Part shown: one piece after another, positions 1 to 7,473 of the stretch
How positions within the stretch are numbered: position 1 is the first letter of the stretch
Layout: each line of letters opens with the position of its first letter
Assembly: GCA_031316235.1 (NCBI GenBank)
Contig: JALDRA010000001.1
Coordinates: 3,360,001-3,392,000 of the forward strand
DNA: 32,000 bases
Direction: 5' to 3'
Origin: Candidatus Scalindua sp.
Lineage (GTDB): Bacteria > Planctomycetota > Brocadiia > Brocadiales > Scalinduaceae
Notes under the pieces: model-generated
Databases searched by the model: none
Told to the model about the DNA's origin: nothing
The model's input: only the letters and a program-made list of their open reading frames with translations
Translations under genes and position numbers: made by a program

Positions 1-36
1 TTTTCCGTTTGGTATTTGAGGAGATTACGGTTCGAA

Positions 37-474
37 TCATATATCTCTGGCGGCTTCTTTTTCGTTGTGTGATGCGAGTAATGCTGTCAAGGGAGCATAC
101 TGCCACTCTGCTTTGTTTTTGATGGCAACTTCTTTTATCATTTCATAATACTTATTGTAAATTTCATAAGAGGTATCTTTATACCCGGTGTTACAGAAAA
201 AGACACGGCATCCGAGTGTTCTATAATCTCTGATCGTGCACTTCCTGTTGATAAGGAAAGGACATATGCGCTCTTTTGGGTCACAACGTGGTATCTCCAC
301 GTTTTCTGAAATGAAATTTACTTCAATGGTAGATGCGTACAATTCATGATCAAAGGTGTCGAAATTACAACATTCACCGCACGTATCACAGCCTGGATTG
401 TGCGCTTGCAGCTCATTCTCAAGCAATTTGTATATTGTAACAATTTCTCCGCTATTGCGGGGACCATTTTTCAT
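37..474 (-). CDS. YkgJ/UPF0153-family cysteine-cluster (CxxCxxCC) putative Fe-S/Zn-binding protein
   Basis: 145-aa ORF. It has a CDTCGECC motif near the N-terminus plus downstream conserved Cys residues (ICPF..., GCRVFFC), typical of the CxxCxxCC family. Confidence 0.7.
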   Translation of the reverse strand: MKNGPRNSGEIVTIYKLLENELQAHNPGCDTCGECCNFDTFDHELYASTIEVNFISENVEIPRCDPKERICPFLINRKCTIRDYRTLGCRVFFCNTGYKDTSYEIYNKYYEMIKEVAIKNKAEWQYAPLTALLASHNEKEAARDI

Positions 475-507
475 GATACCGTATTATACATACGATGAGC
501 GATTTTT

Positions 508-529
508 AAAGTTAAATAAAAGTTAAATA
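508..529. repeat. Perfect tandem duplication of the 11-mer AAAGTTAAATA in the divergent intergenic region
   Basis: Read directly: aaagttaaata aaagttaaata. It lies 34-55 bp upstream of the minus-strand ATG at 474. It could be an operator or promoter element, or slippage. Confidence 0.6.
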
Positions 530-893
530 GTAGTAGAAGGATAACTACTCAGTTTATTTATACCGTGAACGGTGATCTGAAATTTATCTTGAAATTAAAT
601 CGTTTCAGTGGTACGTTTTCATAGCTTTTCTAACATAACCTGCTAAAGTGTGTTATTTTACGAACTGGAATACTACGGTTTTCCTGACACAACCTTCTGG
701 GCTGGTACCGTTTGCAACCCTTGAAAGTATTCTGGCTGTAATAGCGCGATCAGACAAAGATTGTCTCTGTTATCCAAAAATTGTGTAAATTCTCAATTTT
801 CCCTGCCCTCCAGTAACTGTTTTGGGAGAGCACGAATATCAATGAACAGATAAATTGGACTTATTTATGAAGATAAGGAGATAAAAGAAGAAG

Positions 894-2966
894 ATGATAA
901 AAAATATCGCAAGGGTATTATCTTTATTCGTGCTTACGTTTGGAACAGGTTGTGATACTCTTATCAAGAAGGAGGATGGAGGGGAACCGATTGAAATTGC
1001 CGGAGATGACAAGGAGCAAAAGGGTAAGAAACCAAGGAAGTGGGAGTGGGAGATAGCACCGCAGGAGAACCTGGTTGAAATCGAAGATGCTGAACCGGTA
1101 CAGAAGGAGTTTGTATACCCGCTTGAGATTGCTAAAACAGAGCCTTATGATGCCTCCAAACCTGAGGGGGAAAAGGTTGACATTACCTTTAATTTTCAAA
1201 ATGCAGACATAAAAGAGGTCCTGAATGTTATCCTGGGAGAGATACTGGAGATGAATTATACCCTGGACAAAAGGGTAACGGGCTTGATTACCTTACGCAC
1301 AACGGGGAAGTTTTACAGAGGTGAGCTCATAAATGTCATTCAGGCTATGCTGAATATAAATGGTTTTGCACTGGTAAAAGATAGTAATCTCTTCCAGGTG
1401 TTGCCGATACAGGAGGCCCGCAGTGAGGCGGGAATAATAGATTTGGGCGATAGCCTGAAAACGCAGGACAGGGAGGTGGTTACTCAGATTGTTCTGTGCA
1501 AACATGTGGCTCCACAGGCTATCATACCAACTCTCAGGGGGTTATTGACAAAGGCAGGGTTTGTCATTGCACCAAATGATACCCATGCGATTGTCATTTC
1601 TGAGAAGGCGACAAACATGGAACGATTGTTGAAGATTATTGAGACATTTGATGTTCCCTTCTTTGCGGGAAAGGCATTGAAATTTTATGATGTGGAACAT
1701 GTTAATACGAAGGCCCTTGCAAAGGACCTGGAAGTGGTGGTGCAGACACTCGGAGCGAAGACAAAGGGGCCAAAACTGGATATAGCCTTTATCCCGTTCG
1801 AAGATACCAACAGTATGCTGGTGGTAACGAATCTTCCCGAACTCTTTTCATCGGTAGATTCGTGGATAGCAAATATTGACGTGCAATCAAAAGAGAGAAG
1901 GCTCCGGCTGTATGTCTATAAGATGCAGCATGAGCAGGCAGAAACCACGGTACCTATCTTGCTTGAGCTCTTTAAGGAGAAAATCACACCTGCAGTAAAG
2001 GCCGGAGAAACAACAGGCGAAACCATGAAGATCATTGCTGATAAGAGTACGAACTCTATAATTGTAAAAGCGCTGCCCACTGACTACTATGATATTAAGG
2101 CTATTATTGAGACCCTCGATGCTACGCCGCAACAGGTACTCATTGAGTCTGTTATTGCGGAGGTAAAGTTAACAGATGAACTGCAACGGGGTGTTGAATA
2201 TTTCTTTCGGCATAAAGGGCGCGACAGCGAAGGTGCAAGTATCTCTCTTCTGCCGGCAGGCATAACTTCCGGAGTAGACGCTCTTACGGGGGGAGGTACC
2301 AAGGTCTTTAGCATTAATAGTGAAATTGATGCAATTTTCAGTATCATTAACTCAGAGACAGAGGTGAAAGTGCTTTCCACACCACACCTCATCGTTCGTG
2401 ATGAGCAGACTGCGAGCATTCAGGTAGGGCAATCTGAACCGATAAGTACCGGTAGCACCACAGGAGCGGGTGCAGTTACGACATCACAGATTCAGTATCG
2501 GGATACTGGTACAATCCTGACGGTGACTCCACGTCTGGGTGAGAATGATATGGTAACGCTTGATATTACGCAGGAAGTAAGTTCTGCGACACCAACAACA
2601 GCTTCAGGTATAGATTCTCCAGCCTTTCCCATAAGGAAAATAGAGACTTCATTGGTAATCCTGAGTGGTCATACAATTTACCTGGGTGGGATTATTGATA
2701 TCGATGATACGACATCCATAAAAAAAGTTCCGCTCCTCGGTGACATTCCTTATCTTGGCTATCTCTTCAAGTCAAAGAGTGTAACGAAGGAAAAAGTTGA
2801 GTTGATGGTCTTGATTACGCCTTACGTAATAAACAATCACAGCGAGGCCGATGGATTAACCAAAGAATTCAGGGAAAAGCTGAAGAGGATAGCAAAGATG
2901 GAAAAAGGAGAAATAAAGAATATTATTAACAGCTCTACTCATCAGGTGCATAAGGAGATACAATGA
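894..2966 (+). CDS. gspD: Type II secretion system secretin GspD (secretin family outer-membrane channel)
   Basis: 690 aa. It has an N0-like domain (NFQNADIKEVLNVILGEILEMNYTLDKRVTG...) and repeated N-domains. The C-terminal secretin core ends in VPLLGDIPYLGYLFKSKSVTKEKVELMVLITPYVI. AAGGAG lies at 875-880 upstream of the ATG. The stop overlaps the next start (ATGA). Confidence 0.9.
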   Translation: MIKNIARVLSLFVLTFGTGCDTLIKKEDGGEPIEIAGDDKEQKGKKPRKWEWEIAPQENLVEIEDAEPVQKEFVYPLEIAKTEPYDASKPEGEKVDITFNFQNADIKEVLNVILGEILEMNYTLDKRVTGLITLRTTGKFYRGELINVIQAMLNINGFALVKDSNLFQVLPIQEARSEAGIIDLGDSLKTQDREVVTQIVLCKHVAPQAIIPTLRGLLTKAGFVIAPNDTHAIVISEKATNMERLLKIIETFDVPFFAGKALKFYDVEHVNTKALAKDLEVVVQTLGAKTKGPKLDIAFIPFEDTNSMLVVTNLPELFSSVDSWIANIDVQSKERRLRLYVYKMQHEQAETTVPILLELFKEKITPAVKAGETTGETMKIIADKSTNSIIVKALPTDYYDIKAIIETLDATPQQVLIESVIAEVKLTDELQRGVEYFFRHKGRDSEGASISLLPAGITSGVDALTGGGTKVFSINSEIDAIFSIINSETEVKVLSTPHLIVRDEQTASIQVGQSEPISTGSTTGAGAVTTSQIQYRDTGTILTVTPRLGENDMVTLDITQEVSSATPTTASGIDSPAFPIRKIETSLVILSGHTIYLGGIIDIDDTTSIKKVPLLGDIPYLGYLFKSKSVTKEKVELMVLITPYVINNHSEADGLTKEFREKLKRIAKMEKGEIKNIINSSTHQVHKEIQ

Positions 2967-3400
2967 ATGGCAATTCACGGGTAGGACCAGATTCATTCTG
3001 TTTTGGAAATTCCAGCAGAGGGTTTACCATCCTTGAGGTGATTGTGTCGCTTATTATCGTTGCCGTCTCACTAACGGCCTTCATTCAGTTGTTAGGGAAT
3101 TCTACACACCTCAGGGTCAAGATAAATGACCATCATGACCGGCTTAATGTCGCGGTAACAAAGGCGGAGGAGGCCTTCCTTGGTCTGTTGGATGGCAGCG
3201 GGATTAAAGGGGCCGATAAAAATTCGTGGCAGGGAACAATCCAGGATACAGGTATTACCTGGCGTGTAGAAGAAGAAAAAGAGGAAAAGGACGATAGCAA
3301 CACCGGGGATGGTGGCAGGGAGGTATTCTTTTACACGGTGCTGGTTGAAGGGGTTGAGTTGTCAAGCATACGAATAGAACAGGGTATACCTGGTGGTTGA
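2963..3400 (+). CDS. Prepilin-type N-terminal cleavage/methylation domain protein (minor pseudopilin, GspI-like)
   Basis: The motif RG|FTILEVIVSLIIVAVSLTAF has Glu at +5 and a hydrophobic helix. The size is small (145 aa). The start is translationally coupled to the gspD stop. Confidence 0.7.
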   Translation: MNGNSRVGPDSFCFGNSSRGFTILEVIVSLIIVAVSLTAFIQLLGNSTHLRVKINDHHDRLNVAVTKAEEAFLGLLDGSGIKGADKNSWQGTIQDTGITWRVEEEKEEKDDSNTGDGGREVFFYTVLVEGVELSSIRIEQGIPGG

Positions 3401-3490
3401 ATGAAAACGACCCACCAGCTGTACTGCCGTAATAATTCCGTAACCATCAGGTACTTGATTACGTTCCGGTTACAAAACCAGCGCACCTTG

Positions 3491-3639
3491 TATACTAAAA
3501 CCGATTTGATTTTCGGTTTTACCGGAAACCAGATCCTGGTGAAGGTATCCCCTGACAAAATGCGCCGAGGACTTTACTCGCTCAATTTTATCTCGGATTT
3601 TATCGGATTTTATCCGAAAACCTTTATGAGATGAGTATA
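3491..3639 (-). repeat. TATACT element, long form (copy 1, with a 10-nt internal duplication tatcggattt)
   Basis: The reverse complement aligns end to end with 7268-7406 and 11702-11840. The plus strand starts tatactaaaaccgatttgattttcgg and ends tatgagatgagtata. Confidence 0.9.
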
Positions 3640-3771
3640 TCCGGGCAGTTTTGAGTCATCCACAGGATTCACGTTTAAACACTGTTGTTGAGATGGAATC
3701 TTTCCTTTCTGTCTCATTGCTTATCTCCTCGGTAAAGGATTCAATGTTCGCTCAGTTGTTCAGAATTTCAG

Positions 3772-4410
3772 ATGGGGAAAAAAGAAGATGCATTCACCTT
3801 GTTAGAGCTTATTATTGCGCTGACTATCGGGGCAGCATTAATTGTGCTGGTTTCCGTTTCCGTCAGGATGGGGTTTTTTCAGATGGGGCGCGGCAGTAAA
3901 GCGCTTGAGGAGAGTTTGAGAGAAAAGAATGCGGTGCATTTTTTTTGCCAGCAGGTATCATCCCTGCGGAGAGAGAGCGTCGGGGATGAGGTGATTTTCA
4001 ATGGTGACTCGAAGAATATTCTCTTTGTAACACCAATGTCTCTGGAGAAAAACTACAGTACGGGGTTAATGACGGCAACATTTTTTCTGGAAAAAGGGGA
4101 AACAGGAGTAAAACTTAACTACAAGGAGAAAAGGCACATTCCCGTTGAAGATATTGAAGCGTACAAAGGTGAAAATAGAACGATTTTTGATCAAAGCGAA
4201 AGCGTAACAATCTTTGAAGGTTTTGATGAAATTGTTTTCCAGTTTCTCGATAGTGAGGATAGTGAAGACGAAGGTGCAGCTTTGGGTCAAACTGATGCTG
4301 TTTGGAAAGATTCATGGTTAGAAAAAGAGCTCCCAAAGGCCATAAAATTAATAATGACAAAAAATGGCATAAAAAGAGAAGTTGTTGCCCCAATAATGGT
4401 TATGTACTGA
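3772..4410 (+). CDS. Prepilin-type pseudopilin (GspJ-like size)
   Basis: 212 aa. N-terminal MGKKEDA|FTLLELIIALTIGAALIVLV has Glu at +5. The -1 residue is Ala rather than Gly. Its position upstream of the GspK-like gene fits GspJ. Confidence 0.6.
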   Translation: MGKKEDAFTLLELIIALTIGAALIVLVSVSVRMGFFQMGRGSKALEESLREKNAVHFFCQQVSSLRRESVGDEVIFNGDSKNILFVTPMSLEKNYSTGLMTATFFLEKGETGVKLNYKEKRHIPVEDIEAYKGENRTIFDQSESVTIFEGFDEIVFQFLDSEDSEDEGAALGQTDAVWKDSWLEKELPKAIKLIMTKNGIKREVVAPIMVMY

Positions 4411-5486
4411 TATTTGTCTTATGGTCGTTAACCATACTGAGTTCGGTGGCATTGAGTTTTTCAAAGGATACAAAGATTTCTATCCTCCTGAGCACTGTAC
4501 ATGCCCAGAGAGTGGTTGATAGCTATGCAATGCGAGGTGCCGTACTCTATGCACTGAATAAAATGTCAGGGAATAGCGAAACACTGACTGAAGCATCACC
4601 CCAGAATGAAATCGGATCAAAAGAGGTAGGAGAGGGGGATGCGATTACTGCGGCTGAACCCCCGAGAGATGATGGAAGAAAACCGCCAGGGGTAACAGAG
4701 AGAACAGCCGGATATTCTAAATCGAAAGAGGGTGACGAAAATAAGGAAACCGTTGTGTGGGTCCCCGGCAGGGAGCCGTACTCAGTAAAAGTCGGTAACA
4801 TTGATTGCGCTGTTTACCTCCATGACGAAAATGGAAAGCTGAACATAAACGGGATAACTAATGAAAATAGAGATATGTTTATCAGGTTTCTTGGTAAGAA
4901 AGGAATAGAGGTCCTTGATGCTGATGTGGTTGTGGATTCTATGTTGGATTGGCTGGATCCTGATGACCTCACTCATATTAATGGGGCGGAAGATAAATAT
5001 TATGAATCTTTACCTGAACCGTATAAAGCAAAAGATGCCTCCTTTTCTTCAATAGAAGAGTTGATGCTGGTTCGTGATGTAACAGCAGAAATCTTTGAGA
5101 GCATAAGAGATGAAATAACTGTATACGGCGAAAAACAGATCAAAATTAATGTAAATTTTACCTCAAAGGAGATCCTCAGTTCTCTACCGGGTCTCACAGA
5201 TGGTATAGCAGAAGATTTGATCTCCTATATTGAGGAAAGTGGTCCAATCAAAGAAGTTGATGATTTGAGAGAGGTATTTTGGAGTCTTGGCATAATAGGT
5301 GACAGTTTTGAAAAAATAAGGACGTATTTAACTGTTGAGCAATCAAGCTTTGTTACTATTCGTGCGGTAGTCAGGGGGTCAGACCAGTTGTCAACTCGAG
5401 GGGATAGTTCCGATGACTATGGATATCGGCTGATTGCGGGTAAGGGAGATATGGGGTATGGAATTGTTGCAGCCTTTCCTGAATAA
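4314..5486 (+). CDS. gspK: Type II secretion system protein K-like (GspK family minor pseudopilin)
   Basis: Hydrophobic N-terminal helix YVLIFVLWSLTILSSVALSF without Glu+5, a GKLNINGI motif, and a helix-hairpin-helix-like SIEELMLVRDVTAEIFESI. The start is uncertain (TTG 4302 or ATG 4314). Either start overlaps the upstream gene by about 100 nt. Confidence 0.65.
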   Translation: MVRKRAPKGHKINNDKKWHKKRSCCPNNGYVLIFVLWSLTILSSVALSFSKDTKISILLSTVHAQRVVDSYAMRGAVLYALNKMSGNSETLTEASPQNEIGSKEVGEGDAITAAEPPRDDGRKPPGVTERTAGYSKSKEGDENKETVVWVPGREPYSVKVGNIDCAVYLHDENGKLNINGITNENRDMFIRFLGKKGIEVLDADVVVDSMLDWLDPDDLTHINGAEDKYYESLPEPYKAKDASFSSIEELMLVRDVTAEIFESIRDEITVYGEKQIKINVNFTSKEILSSLPGLTDGIAEDLISYIEESGPIKEVDDLREVFWSLGIIGDSFEKIRTYLTVEQSSFVTIRAVVRGSDQLSTRGDSSDDYGYRLIAGKGDMGYGIVAAFPE

Positions 5487-5495
5487 ATTTGTGAA

Positions 5496-5608
5496 TATAC
5501 TCATTTCATAATGGTTTTCGGACAAAATCCGAGAAAAAACGGAGCGAGCATACCAGCAACCAAGATTTGGTTTTCAGAAAAACCGAAAACCAAATCGGTT
5601 TTAGTATA
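5496..5608 (+). repeat. TATACT element, short form (copy 2a, lacks the GC-rich hairpin module)
   Basis: tatactcatttcataatggttttcggacaaaatccgag...aaaaccgaaaaccaaatcggttttagtata. Confidence 0.9.
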
Positions 5609-5746
5609 TGCTCATCTTATACTGGATTTCGGATAAAATCCGGGAAAGAACAGTGCGAATAAAGTCCTCGGCGTTTTTTGTCCGGGGATACCAGCAACCG
5701 GGCTTTGGTTGTGAGCAAAATCTAACACCAGATCGGTTTTGGTATA
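5605..5746 (+). repeat. TATACT element, long form, diverged (copy 2b), head-to-tail with copy 2a and sharing TATA
   Basis: tatatgctcatcttatactggatttcggataaaatccggg...aaagtcctcggcgttttttgtccggggatacc...gatcggttttggtata. Confidence 0.8.
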
Positions 5747-5860
5747 CCTTTGCTGCTACGGAGATGTGAGCGCAAAATTTCCATTTGATTACGGAACCTA
5801 TTATGATATCATTACCACTGAAAGAGTCCGTTTCGTAAGCAGTTAGTTTTGCAGGTGTCT

Positions 5861-6559
5861 ATGGAAATAACCCGTAACATAAACTATGTAGCTATATTTC
5901 TGTTCCTGATTTTCGGAGTGGCTTATGCGGGTGATGAGGAAGTTGAGACCACGGCTGCATCGGGTGGGAACCAGATTGTAATATCTCCGGGTAATATCTT
6001 AATGGATCTCGCTGAATACGCATCAGTAAATGCTTACGTGATCGATAGTGATGGAAATCCTATTGAAGGTAAAACAATACAGGTTGTTCCGCAAGACAAC
6101 AACGTATCAATAAAGAACAGCGGGTTTGTTACGAACGAATTCGGGCATATCAGCTTTTTTGTCTTCGGAAAACAGGAAGGAGATGCTGTGGTCATTGTGA
6201 CTGACGGGACTGCTTCTTCCCAGCTAAATGTTACAACAAGAAACCTCATACACTACGTACTTCCCTATTTTTACGGAAATATGCAGCTGAGCATCATCAA
6301 TCCATCTTCAGAAGAAAATTTTGCAAAGGTTCAGTTTTATGAAAACAGCAGCGAAGAGGGTGAAAGCAGAGAAATACTCCCTTTTACCGTAAGGCTTTCT
6401 GGTAAGGAGATGAAGAAGATTTCTCTTGCTAAGGAATTAGGAGTTGAGCTGGGAGATGGTTGGGCAGAGATTCTTGCTACAGATGTTGTCATCGGCGGAG
6501 TTTGGACGAAGAAAGGCTATCTTCCCTTTCGGCCTGTTATACAAGGAGGCTTGCAGTAA
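5861..6559 (+). CDS. Secreted protein with bacterial Ig-like (Big/invasin-like) domain, function unknown
   Basis: Signal-peptide-like N-terminus (NYVAIFLFLIFGVAYAG). The segment AYVIDSDGNPIEGKTIQVVPQDN...GDAVVIVTDG resembles Big_1-type domains. ATG 5861 is preferred over TTG 5849. Confidence 0.55.
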   Translation: MEITRNINYVAIFLFLIFGVAYAGDEEVETTAASGGNQIVISPGNILMDLAEYASVNAYVIDSDGNPIEGKTIQVVPQDNNVSIKNSGFVTNEFGHISFFVFGKQEGDAVVIVTDGTASSQLNVTTRNLIHYVLPYFYGNMQLSIINPSSEENFAKVQFYENSSEEGESREILPFTVRLSGKEMKKISLAKELGVELGDGWAEILATDVVIGGVWTKKGYLPFRPVIQGGLQ

Positions 6560-6715
6560 TGTTTTTTTACAGCTACGTTTCATAGCGCGTCAGAGCCACC
6601 CCGCCTGTGTCGTTTCCTCTCCTCTTCACCCGTTGAATCCGCAGTGCTGTTCAGGCTAGACATATGGCTCAGCACGATCAGATCGACCCGGCCTGAACTG
6701 AAACTGAGTGCGATG

Positions 6716-6737
6716 AAATAACCAGGTTATTTTTTTT
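6716..6737 (+). terminator. Weak Rho-independent terminator-like hairpin
   Basis: The aaataac-cag-gttattt stem (7 bp, AT-rich) is followed by a T-run. It lies 157 nt after the stop at 6559. Confidence 0.3.
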
Positions 6738-6810
6738 CGAGACCCACAAGAGTCAGCAGCCATCAGATGATAAGGGCAAAATTTCAAAGAAACGGAATAT
6801 TGTGGTAACG

Positions 6811-7260
6811 ATGACAAGACGTAATAGTGAGGATTCATTCACACTTGTCGAGACTTTAGTTGTATTGGCTATTGTTGCGGTTATTGGTGTTGCGACAGTG
6901 CCGAAGATCACGGCAGCAATAGATACCGTGAGGTTTCGAGGGGCGGTATCTGAACTGATAACCTTCTTGAGGAAGACTCATCTTGAAGCAATACTGCAAA
7001 GAAAAAATCTTGAAATAGTCATCGATTTTGAAAATAATTCCCTGAAAATAGATGATGAGAGGCAGTTTGTCCTGCCAGCGGGAATGGCGTTGGAACCAAA
7101 AGAGCAGTATACTTCAGAGACGATGAAATATAGATTTTTTTATAATGGGAGGGGTACTGGTCCTGAAATAAACATACGGGGGGAAAATGAAAGAAAAGCT
7201 ACTGTGTATGTCGATTTATTGTCGGGATTGGCAGGGTATGATTTATCAGGTTATGATTGA
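6811..7260 (+). CDS. Prepilin-type pseudopilin, GspH/FimT-like
   Basis: N-terminal MTRRNSEDS|FTLVETLVVLAIVAVIGVATVPK with Glu at +5. The following segment (FRGAVSELITFLRKTHLEAILQRKNLEIVIDF) resembles the GspH/FimT domain. ATG 6811 is preferred over GTG 6802. Confidence 0.65.
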   Translation: MTRRNSEDSFTLVETLVVLAIVAVIGVATVPKITAAIDTVRFRGAVSELITFLRKTHLEAILQRKNLEIVIDFENNSLKIDDERQFVLPAGMALEPKEQYTSETMKYRFFYNGRGTGPEINIRGENERKATVYVDLLSGLAGYDLSGYD

Positions 7261-7267
7261 TAATGAA

Positions 7268-7406
7268 TATACTCATCTCATACTGGATTTCGGATAAAAT
7301 TCGAGATAAAATTGAGCGAGTAAAGTCCTCGGCTCTTTTTGTCCGGGGATACCTTCACCAGGATCTGGTTTCCGGTAAAACCGAAAACCAAATCGGTTTT
7401 AGTATA
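7268..7406 (+). repeat. TATACT element, long form (copy 3, used as the reference copy)
   Basis: tatactcatctcatactggatttcggataaaattcgagataaaattgagcgagtaaagtcctcggctctttttgtccggggataccttcaccaggatctggtttccggtaaaaccgaaaaccaaatcggttttagtata. Confidence 0.92.
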
Positions 7407-7473
7407 GATGAAAATATGGTTGGCTGCCTGGTGGTTTTTCCCGTTAGGCCTCCTCACGGCAATAGTGTCTGCA

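Noticed and set aside
29-38. GGTTCGAATC, identical to the tRNA T-loop consensus, near the window start
   Set aside because: The flanking bases (ttacgg / atcatat) cannot form a T-stem. No acceptor or anticodon arms are recognisable. The site overlaps the 3' end of the 37-474 ORF, so it is a chance match.
3331-3634. ORFs 3401..3634(+), 3331..3558(-), 7278..7514(-), 7257..7496(+) and 27168..27374(+) share peptide segments such as TKTDLIFGFTGNQILVKVSPDK and IWFPVKPK.KSVLVY
   Set aside because: The similarity simply reflects translation of the nucleotide repeat on both strands. Frames are broken by indels between copies, short forms delete the middle, and there are no start or RBS contexts. The conservation is at the DNA level, not the coding level.
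6640-6662. GTGCTGTTCAGG resembles part of the bacterial SRP (4.5S) RNA 5' strand
   Set aside because: The defining SRP domain IV motifs (GGAAG...AGCA symmetric and asymmetric loops) are absent from the surrounding sequence.
6444-6838. ORFs 6444..6659(+) and 6656..6838(-) in the spacer before the gspH-like gene
   Set aside because: The first is an out-of-frame overlap of the Ig-like gene's 3' end. The second overlaps the gspH-like start on the opposite strand. Both are short and have no supporting features. The region is better explained as structured non-coding sequence.
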